Assembly (NCBI GenBank): GCA_028023455.1
Contig: JAQFVV010000008.1
Span: 17,050,001 to 17,114,000, forward strand
DNA from: Epiperipatus broadwayi
Lineage: Eukaryota > Animalia > Onychophora
Length of the DNA stretch: 64,000 nucleotides
Direction of reading: 5' to 3'
Shown: piece by piece, positions 1-13,094 of the stretch
How positions within the stretch are numbered: position 1 is the first letter of the stretch
Layout: each line of letters begins with the position of its first letter
The notes under the pieces: model-generated
Told to the model about the DNA's origin: nothing
What the model saw: only the letters and a program-made list of their open reading frames with translations
Databases searched by the model: none
Position numbers and translations under genes: made by a program

Positions 1-344
1 AATATTGCGTATACATAAATCTCACTCAAATTCACTAAATACAAGATTATTACTTTCTTGTTCTTTTCCATCATATTACCTTTACATCTTATTTAATTTT
101 AATCATGGCGGTGTCACCCCACATGAGGTGACCTAGAGCCAGCCTATACATTTTTTTATATAAAAAAATACTATATATGTAAAATATAATTTTACGTACC
201 TAAATGTAAAGGTGTATATAATCTTAAAAGTTTATATGAGCAAATGGGGAAAGTTCAAGGGGTTAGATCTGTGTATAACTTATTTCATTATTTTCGGGGA
301 TTTATAAAATGAAACCGTCATTGTTTTGTGTAGGGAGAGGAGAG

Positions 345-1261
345 TATAGACCACACCCAACGGCAGCCATCTTTGACCATTTGTATTTTATGGCAAATAA
401 GTTAACTTATGTATGTTAGAAAATGAATTTTTTTTGTTTCTGTTTGTTTTAATCTAAATGTAGATCTTGAATATAAGGAATTAAATATTCTTGTGTGATT
501 ATGTGTAGAATAGTAAAATTGAAATAGAAAGCCGTATAATAAATTTATGATTGAATATTATAATGTTTAAATCTATATGTGGTGGAGGAGGGTTTAGTTA
601 AATAAACGATATTATCTCATACTTTATTTGTTTATCGTATAATTTATTGTAGAATAAAAAATAAAATGCAATCACCTATTTGTAATATGTTTACCATGGC
701 TATAAAAAGTTATAGCAATACTTACCCAAAGTACCTGAGATAGGGAATTATAATTGAGCTAGTCATTGGGATATTATATCAGGGAGTTGAATTATAATAC
801 ACTTTTCACCCAGTTTTCCTTCATCCAAATAAAACGTATGTCCAAGAACAGAAAAGAAATTCCTCTTTACATACTCTCTCGGCAGATAGGGAAGGGAAAA
901 TTATTTAACATTTTGCTTTCTTTTATTATGTTGGGGGTGGCACTAAGGGTTGTCAAATTAGTACAATCTTTTAAAGGTATGTGAAGAGTGAGGGAAAATG
1001 TCTATGGGCAAATAGATACATATTGGGATGGAAGTATAAATAGTTTAACAAGAGAAGATTTTGATTTTACTTGAAATTAAATTTTTTTCCTCTAATAATT
1101 ATTAAAGTAATACTCGTTTGTATTTAACCCCAGGTATTATCGAAGATTATTATCCATTTCCCATTTTAAAATGTACGTCATTTCATGCTCGTGACATACA
1201 CAGATATATACTATCATTTTTTTAAATGGATAAGGCGTATATGGGATTTCAAACCAGTACA
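345..1261 (+). mobile_element. LTR of a Ty3/Gypsy-type retrotransposon (copy A)
   Basis: Preceded by a polypurine tract (agggagaggagag, 332-344) and followed by a PBS-like motif at 1267. Segment ~45-1261 aligns by eye to the reverse complement of ~27712-28921. Confidence 0.7.
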
Positions 1262-1266
1262 GAAAA

Positions 1267-1287
1267 TGGTGCCCAACATGGGCACCA
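1267..1287 (+). promoter_or_regulatory. Primer-binding-site-like motif for tRNA-Lys(CTT)
   Basis: tggtgcccaacatggg matches the canonical Lys1,2 PBS TGGCGCCCAACGTGGG with two CpG-decay transitions. It lies 5 nt after the LTR end. Confidence 0.65.
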
Positions 1288-1566
1288 ATTATAGCAATTG
1301 GAGCTGTTTGAATCTTATCTTATCTGTAGTCCAGGGCACCACCGGGCTACTTAAACCTGAAAAATTTATATAATAGGCAGATATGTAAGTTAAGATCCAA
1401 TTTTATTTTATTATAGACCGTTAGCCCCAGTCACTAGCTCACAAAGCAGCAGAGATAAAGAAAGATAATAAATAATGAGAATAAGCTACTTGTTCAACTG
1501 ATTTCACTCGTTATTGCTAGCATCTGTGCAACATGAGGGCAAATTGGGTCAGATAATCCTAAAGAT

Positions 1567-2019
1567 TCAGCCCTCTGACATATCACATGCGTTTAAAGTC
1601 TGCAGTTTTGCTACTTGCCTGCGGAAAAACAAATTTTCATTCATACTATTTTTGTATTTCTCCTGCATGACTTGATACATAATTGTTTCTTGATGCTCTG
1701 CACTCCAAAAGTTCCCCAAAACCGCATCTTTGTATTTCTGGAAGGTTTGTGGGTAGTGGAACAAAGATTCCCACCATGCTTGAGCATCTCTATGCAAATG
1801 ATTACACACAATTTCCAGTTGACTAAACTCATCTATTGGGTTTAAGTGGAAATATTTTTCCAGACACCTATTATGCTCAATAGGAGCTTCTCCTGCCTGA
1901 CCCTCAAATATCTTGATTTTCAAAAACTGATTAATACTTTGCAGAGGTATTTGTTGATTTCTTCCCTCCCTGCTTTTAACTAAACTTTCATCTGGCCCAC
2001 TTACTTCTTTGTTCCTCAT
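1567..2019 (-). pseudogene. Ty3/Gypsy gag capsid-domain fragment (Arc-like), 150 aa ORF
   Basis: KIFEG...P.E...LEKYF...DAQAWW...TFQKYKDAVLGNFWS..HQE fits the retrotransposon gag CA pattern. Gag-like sequence appears to continue past the stop in another frame (PHVAQMLAITSEI). Confidence 0.7.
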
Positions 2020-2279
2020 ATTATTATCTTATACCTTTGTACACTTTTTAATTCTTAAAAAAGTTTTTATTTGCAAACTTTTATTTTTATGTCTAATTTT
2101 ATTTATTAGAATGTAACAGCATGTGTGCCTGTTACAATATATATAAATTAAAGTTAGATACATGTGTTTACACATATATATGCTTCACATTATATCTGTG
2201 CATAATTTTATGTACTTAAATAAATGGATAATTTTTTTTAAATACCTTAGAATTTTATTATAAGAATATCAATTTTTTA

Positions 2280-2861
2280 TATCAAAATGATTTAAATATA
2301 TTAAATTTATTAAGTGCAAGCAGATGATATAATAATGTGAAAGGCTGAAACCTTTAACAGATGCACCTTAAAAATGCTTATGTGACAGCCAATCAGATGT
2401 AATAATGACTGCATGTGGAACTTTCAATTCAAAAACACAAGCCAGAAATACAAGAAAAAGATGGAACCATCTTCTTCTCTACTTTAATTTATATATAAAT
2501 AAGCCAGACTCAAGCATTCTGAACTAAGAGCATGAATCTTAAAACACCTTCACATTTAATTCACTAAATATTATATATAAACAACGTGAAATCTTTCGAT
2601 TTACTACAAAGTAATTTTCAAATCTAATGAAATCATAGTAACAAATGTAAATATATTAAATTTATTAAGTGCAAGCAGAGGATGTAATAATGTGTTTTTG
2701 AATTAAGAGTTCCATGTGCAGTCATTATTACAACTGATTAGCTGTCACATAAGCATTTTTAAGGCGCATCTGTTAAAGGTTTCAGTTAACTGTCACATAA
2801 GCATTTTTAAGGTGCATCTGTTAAAGATTTCAACCGTTCGCATTATCAAAATGATTTAAAT
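2280..2861. mobile_element. Fold-back insertion flanked by an 18-bp direct repeat (Penelope-like architecture)
   Basis: tatcaaaatgatttaaat at 2280-2297 and 2844-2861. 34-nt tail at 2298-2331. Inverted arms ~2332-2439 and ~2691-2843, with a ~48-bp tandem duplication in the right arm. Confidence 0.6.
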
Positions 2862-4979
2862 GGAATAGAATGTAGCACAAGCACGTGTGTATAAATGATC
2901 ACAGAACACCACATTACAGAAAAAAAGTTTAGTTTCAAATTAACAAAGCATTAAAATTCCTTAATATTATATAAATACTTAATGGATTTGTAGGTGCAGG
3001 CAGGACAGTTAGTCATATATATATAAATGCTTTACAGAGTGCAAGGCATAGATTTAAATTTAATTATTTCAAAATTTATTTTAGTTATTAAAAATAAAAT
3101 ATTCTTTTTCTATTACTTCAAAATGTTAATGTATTTGGCAATGTTTGAATATATAATAAAAAAAGATGTTAAGCAATACTTAATTGTCATAAGAAATGAG
3201 AAGTAAACAACAAGTATTCAGAATTTAAAATGATTTTGTCAATTAAAAAAAGGAAATGGCATTAAATTTAAGATGGGCTGATTAAAATGATTTATTAACA
3301 AAAAATATTTTAAAAGCTAAATCTGGGTATGTTTTGTTTACAAATCATATAATAATCTGGTAAAATGTATAATCAAGGTCTTCAATCATCCTGCAGCAAG
3401 AAGCTATGTCTGAGAGTATGGAAACCAATGAGTAGAGAAGTTAGCATCCACTTCCCTTCACCATCCCAGAAAGCACTAATTTAAATTCCATAATATAGTA
3501 TATTGAATTCACTGTTATGCAGCTGAAATCTGTTGACATCATGCTTGTATGCCGATGCTCTGGGTACAATCCATATAGTGAATCTGCTGACCAGCCATGC
3601 ACCAAATCAATTATTTAAATTACACTACCATATCCTTCCTTCATCCTGAATTACCCCATAATTTGAATAATTATAAGTCCAATACTTAGCTAATAAGAGA
3701 TGAAAAAGAACCAGAAATTATCAATTACCAAATTATGAATTACCAAACATGGAACACTTTATGCTATTGAATCTATATGCTGCTCCTTAGACATGGCTAT
3801 GTTCAAACCTTTTGCAAAGGCAAAAAATCAACCTAAGGATGCTGATCGTTAACATTCTGTAATTGAGAGATATTGATAACTTAATGACTTAATATTCTTT
3901 TATATATTTTGTGCCATTATTAATGTAGCTCTATTATGATTATGCATATTTCTGTTTAACTTATATATTTTAAATTTCTTGACCAGGTGTGCATTTTGGA
4001 ATTTTGGTCAGTATATATAAAAAAGTGTATCAATGATTAGTGAGCAATCAGGTGATGCAAAATAAAGCTTTCTAACGTTTAAAAATTCATTTAATATGAA
4101 CTGGTAGATACTCGCCATTCCTCACCCTGCTCAAGTATTTTATTTTTTTATTTTATTTATTGTTCAAGAATAATGTATTTTCTTTTAAAAATTCAGTTTA
4201 ATTTTTGAATAAAATAATTGATGTTCAGGTTGATTTAGCTAAAACAGATGTCAAGATTAGTCACTTGAACCCAGTTCACATAATTGTTAAGAGAATCATT
4301 ACATTTGATCAAAGATACACATTAGCCAAAATGAATTTAGAGATAAATTTTAGAATTAATATCACTAATTCATTTGTATTTATTTTATTATTATCCCATA
4401 ATCGATATGATCATCTCAAACTATATATTAAAAAGTTATATTTGTGCAATGATACAATGAATGCCTAAATGTATAAATATAATCTTTGGGGCAGATTTGA
4501 CCTAAACAACCTGTACTCAAAGTTGTTGTCATGTAGGTATGGGGAATGATTATGCATAAGATGGTGTTAAACTCACACAATAGTATAATGTATGCTTGCT
4601 TATGAAACATTATAAAATGTCCAAAATAAGGATAACTTTAATGTCAAGCTTTTCTTTCTTTTATAATTAAGTATTTCACATTTTACCATTTAAGTTTTCA
4701 TTACTAAACCCTTTATTTTCTTATAATAATTGTCAATGCAGTCAAATATATCCTTCCTTATGTTGATGATTAATTCATATGTTTATTCTTTAAGCAGATA
4801 ATCTTTTCATGCTTCATATGAATCGTTTATCCAAAGTTTTTTCTGGGTATGGCCACACCAAGATGGGCATACCCTATCTTTTGCATATTGCTTACTATCA
4901 GATAAACCTTTTCTTTTTATGACCTCACACTGCAATGAATTATCCCATATATAAAATACTTTCATGGCTGTATGGACCT

Positions 4980-5300
4980 TATTTAATGTTAATTATCTGA
5001 AAGCTGCCATGACATGAGGATCATTCGAGATCCTATACGAATATAATTGGGATTATAGTCTTTAAGCAAAATTAGCCATACCATCATTCTTTGATCATAT
5101 GTTTAATGAATAGTTAAGTCATGATAAAATATTTCATCCAGGGGTTATTAGCAGTGCATGAACACATTGCTTTATCCATGTTCCACACACATTATGCATC
5201 AAAGAGTGTGAGAATAATTTGATCCAATGTTAATCTTAGGCATCTATAAATGATTGTAAGCCCAGAAAGCTTTTCCCATTCTAATAAGTTAATGAATAGA
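4980..5300 (-). pseudogene. Possible highly degraded Gypsy RNase H remnant
   Basis: TANNPW and DQRMMVWLILLKDYN resemble the TDNNPL and RLMRW.LLLQDY motifs. Many stops and frameshifts. Confidence 0.3.
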
Positions 5301-8300
5301 GAGATAATAATTAGTAATAGAATTTTTGAATTGTTTTAGATTGTAAATAAAAATGATTCAACCCATTTGAACATAGATGATAACACAATATAATATGCTA
5401 GGTTCGCATCCTTCTGAATATTCTTAATTATCATAAAAATTGATCAATAAAACATGTGCATATTATTTTGTCTTATATATATATTGCTAACGAGCAAGCT
5501 AAAAGGCTAACAAGCTAACTCTTTTCACATCTGCTACCACAAGCAAGAGAACATATAAATATAAATGAATTTACATCTATACCCGATCAAACCCGCAACA
5601 ATACGAATATTGCTACAAAGTTATCTTTCCCGATCGACTGCTGAAATTATTACAAATTTACAGCACTTGGATGAATTTATAAATTTTACAGGAAATTATC
5701 AATACTATACAATAACTAACACATGTACCATATTATTAGAAATAAATTCTAATTCATTATAAAATAAGCCCTACAGACATATTACTCTGATTCGTTTGAT
5801 GAGAAAAGAGAGACGAGATATAAAGAGCCATCCATTATTAAAACATTATTTAATACATAAAAAAAATACAAATAAGACATAATATTATGGTATAAAAAAA
5901 AACATTAAAGATAAATTATATATAGTTTTATAGTACTCATACTAATAATGGTAACTGTCTCCAATATATGAAATAATTATAGAAAGTAGAATATCACTTT
6001 CCATTCCAGTGTCTTACTGATAAAATCTAATATATAGTTCACTTTACTAATAATTAATTAAACGATTAGATTTGAAGTTCATTTGGCCATGTTACTGAAA
6101 GTGTTTACACGTGTGACATATATATTTTAAAAGTTTGATTTACCTAGGTTTTTTCGCAGTTAGAGTAGACTCAGCTGACCATCATGTGGGTTATCCCACT
6201 TCTTTAGGAGAGACGGTTATTCTTGGGATCCGGTTCCGATTTCTTCCATTCGGTTTATTTGCTCCGTATTCTTTATGACATTCAGGTAGTGGTATAGCAG
6301 TGACAAGAATGGTGAGCTATCAGGCAGGCACAATATCTACTGTTAATTCATGAGTTGTGGCTGACCGTATGAGCAAGGCAGGTATGAATCAAACGAGCGT
6401 CCATCTGTGGCCACTAGCCATGCATTTCTGAAGCTTCACAATTATAGTAGAGTTTGTTCATGGTCGCTTGACCCAAAATTTTAGCACTCTTCAAAAAAAC
6501 CAAAGTAAAGTCTCAGACAAGAAGCCTAATCAAAGTTTCTGCTCTCTCTTCATTTTTTTTTATCTTGATGTCTCCTTTTTATAGCTTTTTCCTTCATTAA
6601 TCACTGGAATGTCATTATGTGCATTTCACACCTTTATTTCTATTTCCTTTCGCAAACCAATATTTTTTTCTCTTTAACTTCATAGTATCAGTTTTGATTG
6701 ATTTTTTCATTTCTTTTTTCAATAAAATCATTTTTATTACATACAATATCTTTTCCCTTCCTTTAAACAGTTATATATATTTCACTCATTCGAATGTGTA
6801 GTTTTACAGAAAAGATTCTTATCTTTACATAAACCTATTTCATAAATATCGTAAATATCAGTTCTTAAATTATCTGATTTCTTTTAAATTTCTCTTTAAG
6901 TCTTGATCATAAAATTAAATGATCAGGTTTAATGCTCTCTTAACTTTATTATTTATTTTTTTCAAAATGTTGACTTTGAAGAGTAAAAGATACTAATCTC
7001 TTCACCCCCTTCCCTCTCTTTCACTTAAGTACTGTAACGTTTTCCTTTGTAATTAATTCTAATCAGTTAAATTCCTTAAATCAATTCAAACAACTTCGAT
7101 TTAAACATATTATAAATCTTGTAATAGATTTCTTTTTCATTCAAGTTTATTCTAAAATTTCTGTCTAGTTTTAAATACTATTTAGTATTTAAAAAAAAAA
7201 AAAGCATATTTAATATTACATGACATATTAAATATTTACATGTGTGATCACAGTGTGTGTGTGATCATCACAATATATTATACACATATATACTCATTGC
7301 ATTTTGTATTTGTGTCTTGTTTACCATAATTAATATTAACATTTTAGCTCTTAAGAGCCTCTTACATCTCCCTGACTTTAGCAGGATATAAGAGAAAAGA
7401 GCATAAATATTGGTGGCAGTTACTGTAGTCACATGAAATTTGTCCTAGGATATAAGCAATGAAGTTCAACTTTGTATTGTCTGTGGTAGTGTTTATATCT
7501 ATATATGTTACACATGCATGTGAGTTAATGATCATTGCTTAGTTCTTAGGATTAATTTTGCTGGCTAAACATATCTGACCATTACAATACACACACACAC
7601 ACACACTCAGATATAATTATTTTGCAAATTAGTGAATAAAGTTCCAGTAATTAAATTTTCATACATTCTAATTATTTACAGTAAAATAAATTAAAATATG
7701 CAGACAACTATATTTTAATTTTCCAAAATCATTTTGATATTGATATTAATAAATTTCTTTCCAATTTTTTTCACATTTAGGATTTCATTTAGCAATACCC
7801 CAATTACAACTAAATAATCCTTTAATTCATTATAAATAGCTACATTAAATTACATACTTTAAATAGAAGCAAATGTCAATAAGATAATATTAAGACTGTT
7901 AGAAAAAAAAAAAAAATTATATTTTTAGCTAAATGTTAATTAATATCAATCTTGATTTTTAAACTTATGTAAATAGTTTGCAATATTAAACTTATGTAGA
8001 AATACACATGCTTTTTGCAAATTATAAGAGTGAAATGTTTTGAACTATAAAATCTGAGTTATATTTTGCATATATTTCACTGAATAATCATTAAATTTAC
8101 TTTATCTATAATTTTTAATAATTTCATTCTATTGTTTTTCCATATCTATCTTATATTTTACCTGGTCTTTTAAAAAATATGGATCCTAAATTCATTGTAT
8201 AGTGTAAGCATACATACTTACATGTACACAATTTTCTAATATCATCAATATAAAAAAAAAAAAAAACTGCATAAAAGAGATAAAGATGACCATATTTTAA

Positions 8301-8844
8301 TAACAATATATAGAAAACTAACATAGAAGCATATATATATATTCTTCTTACTATCATCTAGTTCAACCACTTCTGGGATAAAATTCTTATAGATAAATAA
8401 TTAGAAGTTTTGTGATTATTGTCATATTCTCCAGGAGTTTTCGATTATTGAAAGTATGTAAAATTGATCACATGAATAAGTTTCATTTTCCCATCTTTAA
8501 TAATTCTTCATAATAAAAATCTATGCTTCTTCAGAGCTGCCTATAAAATAGAACCATCATTCACATACTAAAGAAAGAAGAAAAAATTAATTGATAAGTT
8601 TCATATTTTTCATAAAAGAACAAAACTAAAAGAATATGAAATTAATAAGATTGATATAAAAACATGAAAATAATATATTTAGAAAACAAACTTCAAAATA
8701 TATTTAATAATCAAACCAATGTACAAAAATTAAAAACAATCTGAAAATGTGATCAATATAAGCATTTCATAAGAAATTTAATTAGACATAAGGCAAAAAA
8801 AAATGCTTATAATTTTATTGCTTAGGAATTCATAAGAAGTTCAA

Positions 8845-9180
8845 GCACCAGAAACAATTCTGGGAATTCTTGATCCCCACGTTGGATGCTCTACCAACTG
8901 CACCAAACCATGCAGGATAAATGCTAATGGCTTTATTGTTCAGAAGTTTATAAGAAGTTCGAGTTTCAGAACTGTGAGCACCAAAACTGATCCTAGGTCC
9001 TCTTGAGCATAAGTTGGACACTCTAACAACTATGCCAAACTGTGCATAGTCTAAAAATCCATATTGTTTATTGCTCAGGAGTTAATAAGAAATTTGCGTG
9101 CCAGAACTGTGAGCACCAGAATCAATTCTGGAATCTCCCAATCCTAAATCAGATGCTCTATCAAAGGCAACTCCATATGC
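8845..9180 (-). repeat. Three tandem degenerate tRNA-like units, period ~133 bp
   Basis: Units at 8845-8913, 8978-9045 and 9112-9180. Unit 1 on the minus strand reads tggtgcagttggtagagcatcc (A-box/D-arm-like). B-box equivalents are decayed (e.g. ggatcagttt). A shared linker (taagaa..agaactgtgagcacca) joins the units. Confidence 0.65.
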
Positions 9181-10663
9181 AATTATCCTAAAAAAATAAT
9201 ACATGGATTGAATATAAATAAAAATTTAAAAAACAATACAAAATGTAAGCCATGTTATCCTTAAGAATGTAGTAGACAGTTAAATCCATAAGAAATTAAA
9301 TTCCAAAAATATTCAGATGTAAAAAAATGAAAATATGGTTACCATAAAAATTACAATTTAATATTATCATAAATACATATATCTTGCCTTGCTATTTATT
9401 TCTATAGATGCACTTCATACAGTTGTCATAAAAGTATGGCAAAAATGAGAAACATAGCTGCTATAAAAAGTGTGCAGGCAAAAACATACGTTTATAACAA
9501 TAATTGTATAAAGTATAACCATGGAAGTAAATAGCAAATTAAAACTGCACATCCATGGAAAACCTTTTTGAAATTTTATCTCAGAAATTTATTGCTGACA
9601 ATTAACTTTCTTAAGTTACTTTTTATGGTGCTTGTCTTATAGATAAAGACGCCGTTCGATGGCGCCATTTTCACGCTAAAACTATAAAATATCAACATTC
9701 CCGGGCCGTTGATTTTAATCATTTTGATGTGTTTTTTGTAATGCGAAAATAAAAACAAAACAAAATCATCTTTTTTAAATATTATTTTTTATTAACGTAT
9801 ACAAATTAAACGATAATAATACATGTAAAATAAAATAAACAAATTACAATTTGATTCATGTTTTTTATTTTGCTTTATTAGAAAAACCAATTTTCTATCG
9901 GAGATTTTTTTACTGGGGTTACGGCTTTACCGCTATTTTTACTTCATATAGAATGACAACAAAAAGTAAAAGTTGTTACGGTTAGGTTTAGTGTTATGTT
10001 GTTTGTAATGCTAAAATAAAAAATATCAAAATCGTATTTTTGTAAATATATTTTTTTAGTAACATCTATAAAATAAATGATAACAATAAACATAAACTAT
10101 ATTCAACAAAGTTTAACTGTAGTTGGAGAAAAGAAAGAAACTAAAACTTTTTTAAACAACAACAAAAATGTCTTCTTTACTTATTAATCATGTTTATAAT
10201 ATATGCTTTGGTACTTGGGTATTTTTCCTGCAACCTAGGAAAGATAGGACGACTTTTTACATACGAGATAAAGGCATAATGTTGCGAACATTAAATAAAC
10301 TCTTGCGATTTGAGTTTTTTCCCTCATTAAAAAACATGTTTTTTGAATGGGCACAAAACATGCTTTGAAACGTGTCAAACGAAACTATTATATAGGTGCT
10401 TTTTTGGACATTTTGGTATTTTTTTTCTGATTCAAAAGTTTTGTTGTTTGTACATTTTAAACTTACTATTTGTAATTATTGTGAATTTAGTTTATCATTT
10501 TAAATTTCAACTGCATTATTTACTTCTGTGTTTTTTTTTTTCCAATTTCAACTTGGTTATTGACTGACTTATGCATTTTTGAATCTTTGAATTAAAAGTT
10601 TAGTATCTAATTGCAATTGAATAAAGACGTTGACTTTGTTATTGGTTTATTCCAAAAATTACT

Positions 10664-11450
10664 GGCAGAATTCTATTTAGAGCATATACTGGACAATCAC
10701 TTGTTCCAAAAATCTTTCAGAGAAAGAGAAAGGATGATGGAAGGAGGGGGGTACTACTGACAATCGCCATTTTGTATACAAGAATCGTCTGCATAAATAT
10801 ATATTTCATAGAATATTTTTTCTTTTTTACTTTTATAAAAATATATTTATTTTGGCTTTTTTGTTATGGACCATGTATTTCTTTTTTTAAAATTGATCGA
10901 ATTAAGTAAGCATCAAAAGTTAGTTTGTGTCTGTGTATAATTTGTTAAAGTATGTGTATATCTCATATAATATTTTTTTTGTTTTTGTAAAACTGTCTTG
11001 AGTATTATTTCTGCAACCAAGGAAAGATAGGACTTATTTGTTTATTCGAAAAATTAAATTGCCTGGCAGTATTCCATTTACAGCATGTACTGGTCAATCA
11101 TTTGTTTGACAACTTTTTCGGAGAAGGAAAAAGGATGGTGGGGGGGGGGTGCTACTGACCATCGCCATTTTGTATGCAAGAATCATCTGCATAAGTATAA
11201 ATTTCATGTAATATATTTACTTTTATAAAAATATATATTTATGTTGTTTTTTTTTACCTCCTGCAACTCGACCACATATTTTTTTTGTTGAAATTGATCA
11301 AATTAAGTAAGTGTCAAAAGTTAGCTTATGTCCGTGTAGAATTCATAAATACGTGCTTATCTCATGTAATATTTTTTATTTTTTTTTTTGTCTTTGTAAA
11401 ACTGTATTGAGTATTATTTTTGCAACCAAGAAAAAATAGGATGACTTTTC
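10664..11450 (+). repeat. ~400-bp tandem duplication inside Merlin element 1
   Basis: tggcag..tactgg.caatca...cgccattttgtat.caagaatc blocks start at ~10664 and ~11063. Confidence 0.85.
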
Positions 11451-11589
11451 ACATTCGTATCAAAGCATTGCTAACTTTCTAATGTTTTTCTAAAGTTTAA
11501 TGTGGCCAAAATAACAACATTAAAAAGTTAGCAGTGTATTGATACGAATGTGAAAAGTCGTCCTATCTTTTCTGGGTTGCAGGAATAAT
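11413..11589. repeat. 72-bp-arm inverted repeat inside Merlin element 1
   Basis: Arms at 11413-11484 and 11518-11589 with about 9 mismatches and a 33-nt loop. Confidence 0.9.
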
Positions 11590-12327
11590 ACCCAAGTACC
11601 TATGCTTTTTATGAAATTTATAAAAAAACAGTGCAAAATTGTACTTTTCTTACTGGATATTTTTGTGTTACCACTCATTTTTACTTCAAAAATATACACA
11701 TGGTATAATCTTGTTTGTCTCATGGAATGTTACGAACAGTACGTTACTTGACGCGTTACCTAATTCCAACTCACTTTACACATATATCTTGTCAACATTT
11801 TTCCAATTAAAACTTCAATACAGTACAGTGTAAAAAGTCTGATAATTATTACTTTACAAAATCTGAACATTTAAATACTTTAAAATAAAAAAAAATCCAA
11901 TGAAAACAACATTTCCATCCAATTCAAAAAAACACACCCTCTCACCAAGCTGTAACCATTTTATAAACTGTGCGAATTCGGAAAATGTATTTGCTGCGAT
12001 GTGACATACATGCTGTACTGCGATGTAACATAGCAGCCTGCAATCTGTAGCACAACAAAAAAGTTGTATTATAGAAAACGCGGGTTCGAACGTGTCGGCC
12101 GCGAAAACGGCATTTTTGTGTTTCAGCACGAAAACGGTTCCATAGAGCGGCATCTTTAGCTATAAGACTAGTACCCTTTTTATATTGTTGTGCATGATGT
12201 AAATTTTTACAGTGTACTTTTTATGGTGTTTGAATTTCTTATTTTTCTCATACATGGATACTTTTTGCAATTTCTTATAGATTTATTGCCATTAATTATT
12301 TTTTATGGATTATGCAATTATTTTTTA

Positions 12328-12588
12328 TATTAATCTGTTTGAGATATTTATTTTATATAGTATGATGTTTTTGAATTGTAATAAACTAATAATCAGCTTT
12401 TTAAGTTAATGTACATGTGCTTTGTGGATCTTAACAATAAATGAATACTCTCATTTTCCAATACAAGATAAAGTCTTTGTGAAAGAATAGAATGAATCCA
12501 CCTATGAGAGTATTCATTTATTGTTAAGATCCACAAAGCGCATGTGCATTAGCTTAAAAAGCTGATTATTAGTTTATTAATCTGTTTG
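12328..12588. mobile_element. Fold-back insertion with 76-bp arms, flanked by a 14-bp direct repeat
   Basis: Arms at 12379-12454 and 12504-12579 with 3 transitions and a 49-nt spacer. tattaatctgtttg at 12328-12341 and 12575-12588. 37-nt one-sided tail at 12342-12378. Confidence 0.8.
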
Positions 12589-13094
12589 TTAAATTCTTAT
12601 TTATGTTCAACCCACAAATTGAGTTTGTAATTTAATTTATTAAAGGTACATTTGCTCTCATTGTTAATTTAATTTGTTATAAAATGTTTGTACTGATTAT
12701 ATTTATTTAATGTGTTTTTTTTTAATGGTTTGATCACTAAATACATTATTTTCAGGCATGTTTTTTTAAATATATTATTTTCATATTTCCTTAGATTTTG
12801 ATATAAATATATTAAATTATTTTCATGTTTTTCTTATTTTTTTAAATGAAAAATATGGAACTAATTGATTTTTCCCCCTTAGTTTCATTGGTATGTGAAT
12901 GGTACATTTATCACTCCCATAAAGTCAGGCTCTAATAACACTGATTTTTGTACCTTTATTGTCTCATTTATATTTTAATTTGCTTTCTTCAATTTATTTT
13001 ATTTTAATGTTTTTTAAACATAGTTAACAGATTTATATAGTTGCATGAGTTAATTTAATGGCATTTGACAATAACAACAACAATAATAACATAT

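Larger units (their letters stand above)
9627..12175. mobile_element. Non-autonomous Merlin-type DNA transposon (element 1)
   Basis: 36-bp TIRs with 30/36 identity (ggtgcttgtcttatagataaagacgccg / ggtactagtcttatagctaaagatgccg). GGNRM termini. Perfect 8-bp TSD ctttttat at 9619-9626 and 12176-12183. Confidence 0.85.

Noticed and set aside
4205-4610. ORFs of 87 aa (+) and 60 aa (-) as env or viral glycoprotein
   Set aside because: A Cys-containing stretch alone gives no recognisable motif. It needs a homology search.
8845-9180. Repeat trimer as a CRISPR array or functional tRNA cluster
   Set aside because: Eukaryotic context, long diverged units without unique spacers, and broken stems and B-boxes.
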